From: Patellaria atrata CBS 101060
Taxonomy: Eukaryota
Direction of reading: 5' to 3'
DNA length: 64,000 bases
NCBI GenBank assembly: GCA_010093705.1
Contig: MU006093.1
Coordinates: forward strand, 765,301 to 829,300
Positions 10,701 through 24,384 of the stretch are shown piece after piece. The notes beneath the pieces are model-generated. The model saw only the letters and a list, made by a program, of their open reading frames with translations, had not been told where the DNA came from and ran no database searches. A program made the position numbers and the translations under genes. Position 1 is the first letter of the stretch. The number at the start of each line of letters is the position of its first letter.

Positions 10701-12448
10701 AATAACTGTCTCTGAATTACGATCTTTCAGTGTGTCTACAGCAGACTCTTCTACAACTGGGGAGACACCTGAGCAGCCGGAACCAGCTACTCCTTCTAGA
10801 ACTACTCGCGAATCTTCAAAGAAGGAAACAGCAGCGAGCAGTCGGGTAACACAGACCCAAAACCCGGAACAGTCAATCCGAGCTTCTACTCTAGCGAAGG
10901 TCGAAAGTAAGCAGGATGCGGCCCGTGCTGCAATTCTGAACGGCGCCGACAAGACTGAGAAGATTGAAAAGTTTGAAAAGTCTGAAAAGAAGAAGAAGAA
11001 GCGTGGTGCAGGCGCGGAGACCACTTCACAGCCGCCAATCGCTCCTTCTCTGGTAAATCCAAGCCTAGCGACACCATCATCCTACGCCATGGCTGCTCAA
11101 CGTACTGCATCACCAGCTATGCAGTCTACTGCCGCTCCGGAAGTTGGACTTACTTCCCAGCCCGCCGAATCTAGCAAGCAGCCAGAATTCTCTTTCAAGG
11201 ATCTGAAGAAGCTCGAGTCCGGCATCTCTACAGAGATCACTAAAGCTTTGAACGGAGAATTTGAGTCACTTTACCGACGCATTGACGAAGATAAACGTGT
11301 TCAAGATGCCGCTAGTGCTGCTAAACAAGACGCAGTCCTCCGTCTGGTGTCCAGTACTCTAACAGATAACGTGGAGAAGAGCTTATCAAGAATTATATCG
11401 GAGAACCTCAGATCTGGTCTCCTCCCACCTCTTTCAGAAGTTGTTGTCGGTGCTATTGAACGAGGTCTGAAGGAAGCCCTTAGTCAAGCCGTTCACAGTG
11501 TCGTACCCCGTGAGATCAGGTCGTCTCTACCCATTGCTATCAGTCGAGCCTTGCAAGAACCTGATGTACTACAAATTATCTCTGACCTTGTTTCCACTAA
11601 AGTGGCTTCCATTGTCGATTCTCATCTTGCCACCGCCCTCTCTACGACCATTGTTCCTACTTTCACCAGTAACGCCATCTCTGCTGCGCAAAATATTGCC
11701 ACTGAAGTGGAGCGTCGTGTAGGAGAGCAGCTACGCGAGGCCGAAGTTCAACGTCAAACCGATTCGACCAAGATCGAGCAACTTACAAGCCTTGTCCATC
11801 GTCTATCGGAGACCATTCAATCCATGGCTGCTTCACAAGCAGATTTCCAAGGCGAAATTCTCAAGCTGCAGAGCCAAGTGGGCTCCAGTGCCAGTCGTGA
11901 TGCTCCTGCTATTTCTTCCGCAGCTGCTACCCCAACTCGCGCTGCGACACCACCGCCCGAGAAGACTGATGAGGACCGTGAGAGGGATGAGATTACTGCG
12001 ATGTTACGCAACGGTCAATACGAGGAGGGAACTATCAGGGTAAGTATAATTCACGTGTTCTGAAGTCATCAAATACTAATCAAACCTTCAGTGGCTCCAA
12101 TGTGGCTACCAGGGATCGCTTTTCGACACTCTCTTCATCCGTGTCAACCCGAACTATATCAAGTCGCTCTCTCCGCTCGTCGCGCTATCCATCTCTGCAG
12201 CCGTGACCGCATCGCTCGAGACAAACATCTCCGAACGCCTTCAGTGGCTCGAGATGGTGTTTAACAGCATCGATCCCCGGGATCCGGAGCTCGAAGAGGT
12301 CACGCCGAAGATCATGGACGTGCTGAGCCAGAGGCTTCAAGGCGCTTACATGCAGGTTGCCGAGGGAAGTCCCCAGAACCCGATTTTGAGGAAGATCAGC
12401 CAGCTCGCGAGGAGGGCGATCGACCTCAAGGCTCTCGCGCTGAGTTAG
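7789..12448 (+). CDS. EDC4/Ge-1/Pdc1-like mRNA-decapping scaffold (disordered N-terminus, WD40-like propeller, helical C-terminus)
   Basis: ATG at 7789 in ACCATGG context; 1.4-kaa ORF with a beta-propeller-like core (AGKDFAFSEDD...KFWDI, NHTLQLWDL). Intron 12040-12091; last exon WLQ...LEMVFNSIDPRDPEL resembles the EDC4 C-terminus. Confidence 0.75.
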
Positions 12449-13237
12449 AACCGCCATCCATCCTAATTGCATTGTACGAGGTTTCTTGACGACACAAACG
12501 CTTTGGACATAGATCTTGGTCGCGGGTTCTGAAATAACGTCCCGCTTTAATCCCTCTTTGCTTCTTCTCGTCTGCGCTCTCAGAACTTCTTCACCACTAC
12601 TCGTCGCCATAACGCTTCATGCGCTTCTCCACGTCAGCAGCTGGATATAATCCTCGTGTATAATTACCCCTATCCTACACCAAAACTACAACCCCTTCAA
12701 ACAAACTCCCAAAAAAAAAATACACCGTAATCTCGCAGTCCCACCACACTCTTTCCGGATCCCGGACGAGATCCACTACTGTCTTTACCCTTAGAGCATA
12801 GTCAGGCTGGAAATGCCCAGCTGTCCTCGTTTCCACTCCTTGAACTGTGGGTTTGGTTTAGTTAGGCTACATTGATGCCGGTGGAAGTCTGTAATAATGT
12901 GGGCAATGCTCATGAGGGATGATTGTACGCTCTAACTAGTTGGAGGAGGAACTGAGATGGAAAGAGTTCACAGTGGAAAATAGCTACATAGTCAACCTAC
13001 CCTTCTGACGGCCTCACTGATCGTGCGGACGCGAGGTCTGGATGGGGAAATGGGATCAATGTTGTTCAAGAGTGTATAGTGCACGTGCGTGAGAACTTGT
13101 GTGAATCGTGATAATTCGTGTTGATTGAAATTCGTTTAACCTTCCTTCGTTCCCTTCATTTCAGATGATAACGTAAACCTTGAAATATCCCGTTGTGAAA
13201 AGATTGAGACACCTACATTCATCCCTCAGACCCTTAC

Positions 13238-14957
13238 TTACCCAACCCAGGACTTAACGATCTTCTCGACGCCCTCGAGGAGCAGATCGGCTAGAAAGAG
13301 ACGTCAGCATTTCATTCCCCAAATGACATATAACAATAGAAGAATAAACGACTCACCATGATGCCTCTGAAAAACTAACATAGGCCTCAACCTAACGGCC
13401 TTCTCCCCGGACCCACCAATATTAATCCCAACCTCCTTCGCCTTCTTGAGCACCTCATCCCTCCTCGGACTATCCCACGCGATAAACGTGCCCTTGCCCT
13501 TACCTCTCAAATTTCTAAACTCCTCCGGATACGCCTTAGCAAGCTGCTCAAGGCCATCGAACAAATAATCGCCCGTGACCCTCGTATTCTCGACCAAATC
13601 CAGTCTCCCGATCTCGTCGATGATGGCGCGGAACAGCAAAGCGCGGGCGGGATCACCCATCCAAGTGTTAAATTGGCGATACGGCTTGTTAGGCCTGAGG
13701 TCGTCACGGCCGAAGTAGTACCCCGCGGTCTGGGCCTTCTTGCTGAAGGTCACCATGTCGGGCGGGTCCTGGAGGTTCCAGTGCTCGTGGGCCCAGAACT
13801 TGCCGGTGGCACCGACGCCGGTTTGGACCTCGTCAACGATCATGAGGATGTTGTGTTTACGCGTGAGGGCGCGGATGCCGCGGAAGAAGGAGGCCGAGGC
13901 GTGGTTGTCGCCGCCTTCGGACTGGACGGGTTCGATGATGGCGGCGGCGGGCGGCTTGGGCCAGGTGAGGATGAGCTTCTCGGCTTCTTCGAGGCAGCGC
14001 TTTTCTTCGGCAGCGTTTTCTTCGGCGTGCTCTTCGAGGGGGTATTTGAGGGCGGGGAAGGGCGCTTGCGGCCAGTCGAAGGCGGGGATGTCGAGTTTGT
14101 GGATGGGTTTGCTGCGGGTCGTGCTGAGGGAGCCAAAGAGACGGCCGTGGAAGCCGGATTTGAAGGACATGATGGAGAGCTCGGGGGAGCCGGGGGATTG
14201 GTTGTGCATGGCGGAATGAGTCTCCTCGGCGGTAAAGTCGACATGGTGACCACCACGCTCATGGCTACGTTTCCAGATAAATGCGGCTTTATATGCGAGT
14301 TCGTTTGCGTCGGAGCCGGCGAGCGCAGTGAAAACTTGATTGAGTCCCTTTGGTGCCACTTTCAGGATACCAGTCTCTAGGATGTCGACCCAGTCATGTT
14401 GAGGGAAGTTTCCCAGGGCTGGACGGTTGATGATGGCGCCAACCATCTCAGGAGAGCTTGCTGCTTCAATGAGATTGTGGTTGCTGTATCCTACGGGAAT
14501 CGAAGCAATTTGGGCATAGCTATTGAGCATCGTTAGTTAACTATCCTAACTCGATTACTTTACATAGAAGTCCACTTACACATCTAACAAAACATTTCCG
14601 TCTAGGTCTGCGATACTATGCACTGTTAATGTTAATTGACCACAAAGGATTCTACAGAACTTACTAGTTGCCGATGCTCTTACGGTAGTCTGCCATCATG
14701 TTCAAGCTCCGTGTATCGAACACCTTGGAGAGACGTTGGATTGCTTCCTGACTCTTAGGTCCAGGGATCTGAGTTTTCATGATGGGTCCTTTAGGTTCAT
14801 CTGGAAAGTATGGCTCCTCTCCGCCATTGGCAGTGCTGGTGGCTGCGGCAGCCGTAGCATACTTTCTGCTCACAGGCACTGAAGTCCTCGAAGAACACAG
14901 AGTTGCCTGCCTAATAGCTGGCCGGACAATGCTTACACTTCTCATCATAGAAGCCAT
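13238..14957 (-). CDS. gatA: 4-aminobutyrate (GABA) aminotransferase with N-terminal mitochondrial-type presequence
   Basis: Class III PLP aminotransferase motifs FHGRLFGSLSTTRSK, IVDEVQTGVGATG, TFSKKAQ, FNTWMGDP. Three short introns; last exon ADLLLEGVEKIVKSWVG*. Confidence 0.96.
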
Positions 14958-14983
14958 GGCGAGAGGGAAAGAATAGGAAGCAA

Positions 14984-15145
14984 ATTGGTACTTATGGAGG
15001 ACGTCACCTCTCTCCCCCGGAGATTGGTATTAGCTTCCTAATAAGATTAATTGGCTATTACAACATAATGAGTAACGGTATACCTTGGTCCAATTAGTAA
15101 TTGCAAGGTCCGCTACTAGAAATAACCCCTCTGGGAATGGATTGG
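14984..15145 (-). promoter_or_regulatory. Cluster of CCAAT boxes upstream of GABA transaminase
   Basis: ATTGG at 14984, 15023, 15050 and 15141, plus CCAAT at 15090, all within ~190 bp of the start codon. Confidence 0.45.
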
Positions 15146-15891
15146 AGAATAATTGTATGGTTAGAAAGGAGAGAGGGAATTGTGTTGTGGAAGGGCGAAG
15201 TGATGTTTTGCGGAAAGCCATCACCATGTCCGGCGTGAACCCCTCGGTGTCGTGACCCCTGCCATAGCTAAAGACGGTGAAAGCTCGGTGATGCTTGTTC
15301 GTGACCCCACAGTAACCTGAAGGTATGGAAAGCATTCAACACCTTCAATGGCCGCGGAGAACCGCTGCTAGACCAGATCAAGCAACCCTTTGCGATCCCA
15401 TATCTGCACCATCCAGATCACAAACACTCATCTTTGGTTCTAGGCATTTCTAGGCATTCCTCAATACAGCACCAAGAACACCACGATGCAGCTCAAATGC
15501 AGAAGAAGGATCAAGGGATCATCAACGGACTTCCGACTTGTCCAATTGTCGACCATCCACCGTACCGTTCAATTCCACTAGAGAACTAATTATGAGCACC
15601 CGCCGGGCAGAACATCTCTGAGCTAAATGTTGATAGGAAGAGGACGAAACAGTGCCTTGAAAATGAGGTACTAATACAAACCACCCTTTCCCATCAAAGA
15701 CCACCAATGGACTGAGATTCAGGAAACCACCCACTCTGTCACACCGAACCCCACAAATGCATAAGAGAAAACGCCCGCCCTAAGATTTTCCAGACGCTGT
15801 TGACGTCGGCTGCAGTTCAAGAAAATGAGGCCAGAGAGATGCAACTATGTATGACCGGTTCATAGTGAGGAAGACACCGACACCAACAACA

Positions 15892-18800
15892 CTACTGCCC
15901 CGAGATTTCCTGGACGCTCTTTTGCTCCATCCTCAAGCGCTCGAGTTCCTTGTCTTTACGCCGTAGAGCTTCATCATGCTCAGAGGATCCGTTAGTAGGA
16001 GGTGTTGCGAGTTGCATAGGACTTGGATGCTCGCTCAACTCCGCATTGTTCCGCGATAGGTCAACAACATACTTCGACCCATCCGTACCATGCTCGTTAT
16101 AACTTTCTGTCATTCCGTCGTCCACCGTCATCTCGTCCGTATCGAATGTGTTCATATCACCGTCTTCAGGCCTGCCTTCTGTAGGCGGAGGGGGCGGTGG
16201 TGGAGGTGGGGGTGTGTCCATCCTCGACTTCTTTGGTGAGCTCATATCTTCATCCCCAAGAGAGCTTTCACCGTTTGCGTCTTCGTATTCACGCTTACGT
16301 TTGAGATCCGGGGATCCCGTTGGCGATGTTCCGTTCTTGGTCGGAGATTCCTCATCGTCGGAAATCTCGTTCATCATGTCGTCATCAGAGTCGGCCTTGG
16401 CCTTCTCATCATCTTCCTCAGGAGCCTTTACCACCTCTGATGCTTTAGGTGTAGAACTACTGATTTCTCCTTTGGCCTTTTCTGCCGCCTTCTTCTTCTC
16501 TGCTTCCTTGCGTAGTCCTTTCAGACATTCATCAAAATAGCCTCTGACGTATTTCTTGAGGGCTTTAAGACCCTTCTCGTGCATCTTAGTAGGATCATCC
16601 ACACGTTTGTTCTTGTAATCAGACTCAACCATCTTTTTAGTGATCTAGAAGAAAGAGACTTTAGCATCTGACAATGCCGCCAATGGGGTATTCACTTACC
16701 TTCTTCGCAAACTTCTTGAGATCGTCTTTGGGCATCTTGTTGTTGTATTTGTCCATTATGGGTTTGATATGGGTGAAAAGCTACATATCACATATCAGAA
16801 TAGTGATATCAAATAATATGGATCAAACATACCGTATTCTCGTACAGCTTCTTTTGCTTCTCTTCGGGGAATGACCGCCATTTCTCCTTACCCTGTTTCT
16901 TTTCTAGTTTAGGTTCTGTTGACTGCGGTGTTGCTGAAGCCGATGGTTTATCCTTAGGCGTCTGAGACTCCGTAATGCTCTTGATGATGTCTTGGAGTTT
17001 CTGCTCGTTAGTTTTGGCCTTTGGCGGAGGCGGGGGAGGTTGGCTGGCTGGCATTGTCGGACGGGTCCAGGTTACCTGGTTGTTTCCGCTATAATAGTAG
17101 GTTTGTCCATTGGATTGAGCTGCAAACCAACCCGGAGGTAGTGGTTGTTGAAAAGGCGGCCGTCGGAAGGGAGGTCGAGGGCCATTGAAGAAATTTGGGT
17201 TCCGTTGTGGCATACTACTCCGTGGTCCAGCTGGCGCTGCAGGTCCTCGGGGTGCATCAACGGATCGTGAACGGGAACGTGTTCTAGATTTTGAACGATC
17301 CCTGGGGCGAACTTCACGGCGTTCAAACCGGTCTGTCGCAGCTGCTACGTTGGGATCCCGTTTGACACGAGGAATTCGATAACCAATTTCAAGTTTACTC
17401 CAAATCTCTAACAACGTAGATGCCTTTCCTTCGACCTTTTCATCGCCACAGGTCTTGAGTTTCTCTACGGTTTCTTCAATCTTGGAATCTTGAATCTTGT
17501 TCCGAGTAATCCTTGGTAAGCTGTCCAGGATATCCAAAACCTGCGAGACAACATTGTAGTCCTCAATCCACGTATTTAGAGTTGTCTTTAAGATCTGGTA
17601 GCCGTGCATCTTCACTACCCGGTTGCGCACCCGTTCATCGTCTGCACGCTGTATCCGATTGAGCAGTTTGACTGCAATCCATTTCTCCCTGCATTGCATA
17701 AGGGTTGCCATAACTTTAGTGACACTACCCTCATCCAAGGACTTGGGCTGCACATTGTTGACATACTCCTCATCATCTTCACCTGTCTTCCTCTTACGGG
17801 GTTTCTTGGCAACAGCAATGTCCCAACCATCACCATCGTCAATACCCAGAGCTTCGATAGTTGCATGCGAAAGTTTAGTGGCACGATCAGTCTGTGTCTT
17901 TCCACCAATGAATCCAGTGCAGTTTGGTTCGCCGCAATAACATGGCTGTGGGTCTGCACCGTATCGATCGACGTTGTAGTTGAAAACGAGCTCCTCTCCA
18001 GCTTTGACGTTCCGCTCGGCAAAGATGCCCATCCGCAGTTTGTCCCCTACCACCCACTTGTCCACATAACAATTGGGATTGCATGAGTGATTGCAGAAGC
18101 GTCCTAGGTTGCCCTTCTTAGTTGCATCAACAAACTCGCCTTTACTGAGCGACATGAAATAAAAGTGCTTGATCCCCTCCTCATCATACTGGCGCATTCG
18201 TCGGTGGAACGTGTTCTCGTTGATCACCTCGCCAATATACTCAAAGATAAAATCATTCGCGCGTAGAGGAGTGTTAGCTCGTAGACCATAACCTTTCTTT
18301 TCAGTTTTGATGACCGTGACATCTGCGTATTGCTTGCGTTGGAATCGCTGGTTGAGACAGTCCGTACCACAAGTGCAATCCCCGATACACTCCATTTTGG
18401 TCGCTCGATTGATACAATCGGAATCTTCGCCGCACGCATTGTTGCTCTTCGTGATTGGATCTAAAAGGTATCAGTAAGAGATGGATCAATTTACGTCGTT
18501 GCAAAAACTTACCCCATTCCTCAGCACAGTCACATTCGAGAGCATGGTCGGTAGTCCCTAAATACTTAGCTGCATAACTACAATCGTCAATGACCTGAAA
18601 GCTCCTTGTTGCCTCAGGAGTGCTATCCGGAAGATCAAGAAACAAAGGCGGAGTCCTAGACATGACCTTATGAGAAGACGCGCGCGATAATTTTGGCGCT
18701 TTTCCAGGCTCCAATTTCACCATTATGTCTCCACCGATGACCTCTTCCGTGTTGTCGATCGGGGACGGTGTAGCACATTCTAACTTGATCGGAGAGTGAG

Positions 18801-18990
18801 ATGAAGATTTTACTTTCAACTTCGACGGTGAGGTTACGTTGTTGGGAGCGTTGGAGCGCGCTTTCTCAAGTTGCGAACGCTGGGTGGTGACCGCACCTGC
18901 CCCATCTTCCGATGTATCCGCCTCAATCTTCATTTCGCGAACCTCTATTTCAAGTTGCGCGGACTTCTCCTCCCGCTCATTATCGGACAT
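15892..18990 (-). CDS. SET2: Histone H3K36 methyltransferase Set2
   Basis: AWS (CLNQRFQ), SET ([26 protein letters not shown]), post-SET (CYCGEPNC), WW domain (LPPGW...YYY...TWTRP) and SRI-like C-terminus; three short introns. Confidence 0.97.
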
Positions 18991-21900
18991 AGCGATGTAT
19001 TGTTGCTCTACGATATGCCTAGTACGGTGATTGAGCCTTGCGGAGGGAGTTGTAGAAGAGAAGCGTGAGAAACTAAGCGACTGAGGTTATGTGTTTGCAC
19101 CCAGACAGCATGACCTTTACAGAGTAAGCACAGGTTTCGCCGCTCGACCTCGGGCGCGCAGAAAATATCGTAATCGCAATAAAAATGTCTTCAACGGCTG
19201 TAGACTCTAGATCTTGCTAATATGGTGAGCTACGTGTGTTGTCGTCGGCTGAGATTTGCAGGATTCGGTCGACGTTGTTCAGTAGGTCGTGTCCCTCTGC
19301 TCGGTGCGCAAGAAGAGACAGAGTACTGCTGTAGAAGGACTTGGAGTATGGCCGCTTTGGCAATCGAGTTTGAGCTGTCTCACTCCGCGAGGAAAGGGTG
19401 GATGTTGGAAGGGAGGTAATGGGAGTAGAAGGTATGTGGATCATAAAGGGTTCGCGTCTAGGTACAAGCCCGTCATTGCTTCACCAGTCCAGCTAGATTA
19501 TTCAAGAAAACCCCGTACTATAACCGATCTAAAGAGAATCGCAAAGTTGAAGGTGAATTAGGTTAAGAGAATGTGCATACCAAAAGGTGACAAAAGATGA
19601 GGCTCTTTGACCCGGTCCGAATCTTGAGATACAAGCCGACATCCATGCTTACCTTAAGTTCGCTTCGCCTGACAAGAAAGATCTACCTGTCAAAGACCTT
19701 GGACCTCCCCTCTCACCTTTTAAACTTTACAATCGCAACAATGCAGCCTACTTGTGCAGCAATTCAGTACAACAATTTCCCGAAGCATAATTGAGTCCAT
19801 TGCTCCATCCTCTATTTGGGTATAAGAAGGCAAGGGAGGACTTTTTGGCTTAAGACCCGAAGAGGCACGAAAGGCCCCTATCCTAACAGAGCCTCGGTTA
19901 GCCCTATTCCAGATCAGACCAATCTCGGTCGGGTATCCGTATAAAAGAAAGAAGAGCCACGAAGTACTTGAACAGGTCATGAATACAATGTTTCAACACA
20001 AGATAAGGAAAAGCTGTAGCAATAGTTACCGTAAAGTCACGATGGGGATATTATCCCACTTTTTAGGTGGAGTCCTTCACTCTCTCCTTTCTGGCCGGAT
20101 GCACTATCTAAGATAGTGAATGCGTAGGTTCTTCATTCACGATGTCCATTGTAGTTTTGGAGCCTGGCGATTGAAGCGAGTATGAGTAGACAAAACTACT
20201 TTTGGAGAAAAATCAGTCAGCAAGCATCCATATCCCCCCAACACCAAGATCCGGTACGTCTTGTAGTTTCCGCGTTCAACGACTTAGGATGCCCGCAGGA
20301 ACGAAACGGTAGGTGGGCAATCGTACCAAAGTATTATCATAATCAAGATCCGGCAAAGAATCAAAATATGATAAAGGAATGAAGCCCAGATTTCTCGACA
20401 GGTAATTCAATTACTATCTAATGCAATTCTGGCACAACACTAGGGAGACGTAGGATAACTCATGCATTTGAAACACTTTTCGATTCGCTGGAGTGGCCAC
20501 AAATCTGTTAGGCGTACCCTTAAGCCCGTACATGCATACAGCTGCGGGGGCTGGAAAGTCAGCGGTCTTCTTGGTCCTACTGACCAGTTAACTGGGTCAT
20601 TATTTGCTATATGTTTTGAGAAACTGGGAGCATGAAAGACCCACTGCGGCAACATTGACTGTAAGATATAGAAATGCTCACCTGACATAAATCGAGGTAA
20701 TAGTTGTGGCGCCAGAAATACTGATGCATCAATGCGCTAACTTAAAGCAATCAGATTCCCCGAAGACGAGCTTTCGATATCCATTCAAGCTGATGTCTCA
20801 ATCAATGTATGGGATAAGTCCTCTATACTTGATAAGGTCAGGTGGAAAGACTTTGGATGTTTTTCATGAACGTGAAAAATTCACCAGATCCCTGGCCATA
20901 TGGTAACTGGATTAAGCCGTTAATCGTATTGTATATGAGAAGTAGTGTAAACAGTCGTGGGTCTAAAATCGGTGAGCTAATTGATGAGAACATTCTTAAG
21001 CGCGCTGTATATTAGAACGGGATTGTTAGGAGAAGAACCAAGGATTTAGATATTGCACCAATGTAGCTGTCTTAGAAAAAGTCCGGTGAGAGCTTGAGCC
21101 TTGAGCCGTTCGTAGTTGGATGAGGTGATGCAGGTTAATCTGGAAAATGTTCGGTATATAGCGTTCTGCATCTTATTTTCGATACATTTCAACCAAGCGC
21201 CGACTGTACTTTTACCATAGTTTTCTTCCCGCAGCGCCATAAAGATCAACGTAAAGCGTGGAGCCATGAACAATATACGTAGAATTGAGGGACGTCAACC
21301 GGGTTGAAGGGTAGAGTGGCATAAAGACTTCCATGGCAATTGCAGAAAATGTCAAAGGGTTATTCAGTCGCCGAAGAAGCGCCTTTGAAGCCCAATAGAC
21401 CAAGTTGACCAACAGGCGTGATGCTGACCAGGCGCGTAGACGCTGCAGTCGGACAAATCCTACAAGACTAGTCCAAACGGAAAATACGATGACCAAATGT
21501 ACTTTTTCTAGTTTTCTGATTTCCAAGAGAAATAGTTGGACTTGCTCGAATTATTGTCGAGGTTAAGGTTAAGAGAGGCGATGCCATTGGTGCCACGTCG
21601 ATTTCTGAGGGAAAAATCCCACGAAGTTGAAAAATCGGTCTTCAAACACGTCGTCTCTCGGACAGATGGCCGTTTTACTCGATGTATATAAAGCTGTAAA
21701 GGATTAGACTTTGGCAGGAAACATTTTGAAATCGAAAATCCGTTGGGCACGAAGCATTGAGATTCTTCGAGACGGATCGCCCATGCAGGGCCTTGTACAG
21801 TACATTGTGTCTGCGACGAACCCGAAGGAAGAAGCTGGTGCTAAACCGTGCAGCAGCTCGAACGCGATGTTGTGAAAAGTGAATGCGCGCAACCAATGGT

Positions 21901-22481
21901 TATGGATCAGATGACAGTTAACAGCCTATGTTGGTTGTATCCATTCTAAGCATGAAAATATAGCGAATGTAAGCATTAGGCGGGTCGGACGAAGGCTTGG
22001 TGGTAAAAAGACACAAAGATAGGCTAGACATGGTGTGTTTAGGTTTTTGGTACTGCACAGTTACAGTAACCTGTACGTAGACGCTGCTGATGCTGCAGAA
22101 CAGCCAGGTCTGCGACAACTCAAAAACGAAAGCGCCAGAGCGCGTGAAAAGAGCAGGGCAGCGACAAGACCGGCAAAAGCTGGAGCCAGCTGGACAGGGA
22201 ACCCCAAGGCGTCAACAGATCAAACGTGCCGAGCTCCTTGCGAATTGTTTCTGATGAACTCTGAAGCCTTTTTTTGATGCTCTTCGTTTTCTCGAAAATC
22301 AGATCTCTCCGGGGAGGGCGCTTGTGCTTATTGGGCGGAAGCGTTTTATTTTCGCCTTGCGCCATCCCGCGCCTGCCAAACCTGGGCCGTTGCGGGAAAA
22401 GAAAAACAAGCCCGACAAGCCCGACAAATGGAAGCCGCAACCTAAGACCCAAATACGCAAAGAAAAGCAAAAGTACGCACC

Positions 22482-22585
22482 TTCCCTACCCCCCCTACCC
22501 CCCCTTATATCCCCCCATAAGTTTTTCTTTCACTTCCCCTCTCCATCTACCCACCCCCCTGAATACCCCCCCTCCCCTTGTCCCT
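22482..22585 (-). other. Poly-C tract cluster (G-quadruplex-capable on the minus strand)
   Basis: Many C4-C8 runs separated by short spacers (ccctaccccccctacccccccttatatcccccc...cccccctgaataccccccctcccc). Confidence 0.5.
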
Positions 22586-23266
22586 TGGATTTTCCGATGA
22601 CCCAGTCGGGTTGTCCCACGAAACTTCAACACCAAGAAAATACTTTGGACTACTGAAAGCGGTTCTGTATAAAGAATAAAATGTCTGCAGATGATGCAGG
22701 GGTATTAAAGAGTATCTTGATAGGTTGATCCGTCAGGAATAATAGGACCAGGCGACACCCAGGTGCCCATGGTCCTTTCGTAGCCGCCATAGTTGTTTAT
22801 CTTCCTTTTCTCTCATTAAAACGCGACAAGAGACTAGTATCTGCACGACATCGGACGTGCAGCTTCTTCTCCCTTAAGGTTGCATGTCCATGTAATTTCC
22901 AGCTCCCAATTGTTCCAAAGGACCCAAAACTCTTTGTACCTCTTGTCTCTTTTCCTCTCACCAGCCTCATGTAACTCGCCTCCAGCTACGAACCTCTGCC
23001 CGTCGGCATGAGCACGCGCGCTGACCTGGTCTTCTTTTTTGTTAACCACATTCGTTTATAACTTTTCATCTCGCACCCACTTTCTTTTCGAATCTCTTTC
23101 TCTGTCACCGGTTCCCGCGCGTCGGGCGTATCGCGCGCATATGCTTCTCGGAATCCCTTGTGACCAGTTCCCTTACTTGTTACGTCTGGCTGCATTTGCC
23201 CTATATTGAAATTCGTTGAGACCTTCGCTTTATCGTTTTCTTTCTGTGCAACAATCTTGTGATAAG

Positions 23267-24384
23267 ATGGACTCTCCCCGGGAGCCACCTTGGTTGGAGC
23301 ATGAAAAGGTACGTAGCTATTTCGCCTCACGGCTTTCTTCCCAGATCGGACCGCACTCTGATATCAACATAGGTCTATTTGTTCGCAGAAATAATAAAGG
23401 CCGCCGGCGTTCCATCACATACACTATATCAAATCATACGGGACGCCGGTATCCAACCCAGGTGGGTGGATATTCCTCTCCCACACGGTACGTCCTCTTT
23501 CCGAGTTTATTTTCAACTTACTACGGTGGACATTTCACTTACACCATCGCCTTGTTATCTCTCCCTTAAGGATACGAAAGGAGAGCTGATTATGTTATAC
23601 AGGGCGATCATTAAGATCCAGCCAGACCTTTTACGAGAATTATGGTACCCCTCCAAGTATACCCGTTTCTTATCCTCCTTCCGGCCCGGCTTCCCAAATC
23701 TATCACTACCCACCGCCCGAAATTCCGAGGAAACGACCTTTGACTCAGGAAACCACTCTCACACCTGCTGGGCGTATGCTCCAGCCTCGACCACCTCACA
23801 CATACCCAACAGATCCATCCGGTGGACCAACTTTTCTCGCTAGTCCGACAGGTGAACCTTCAAATAAAAAGAAACGAGGGCGTCCAACGAAAGTGGAACT
23901 GCAGAAACGAATTGACGAGGCAGCACGCCGGGGAGAAGTCTATCCACCTCCAAAAACACAAAAAGCACGCCCCTCGAGCATACATCTTCCCTCGACCGCT
24001 GAAAGCTTAACACCTACAACACCTGGATTTGCACCTGTAGCGATGATGGCACCACCACCTCAATCACATCCAGGGACTCCATTAAGTCCGGCAGCTCCCT
24101 CGCGGACTCACTCGATTGGGCAGCGATCAGAAATGGGAGAATCCAGATGGGAACACGAACAAGGCCGTCAATTACAGGAACCTTTACCTAGGCCGCCATC
24201 GATATTAGAGGATCCACAAAAGCAACCTACCAACCAAAATCCCGCTGAAGCATCTCGGACAGCTGCAGAACCAACCAGAAGACCACCGCAAGAAGTACCG
24301 AGGCCACCGAATGAAGAGCAGAGGCAGCAAAGAACTACACCACACTCGTTTAAAGAGACAGTTGGCATTCAAGGCGTTCCTTAA
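23267..24384 (+). CDS. AT-hook, proline-rich nuclear protein (conserved fungal hypothetical)
   Basis: Exons 23267-23308, 23373-23487 and 23603-24384 splice in frame: MDSPREPPWLEHEK/VYLFAEIIKAAG...PRWVDIPLPHG/RSL... AT-hook KKKRGRPTK. Confidence 0.8.

Noticed and set aside
13673..14380. Long antisense and alternative-frame ORFs (235, 159 and 140 aa) over gatA
   Set aside because: Shadow ORFs caused by high GC3 codon bias. The same applies to those over the M28 peptidase, CTL and RPC2.
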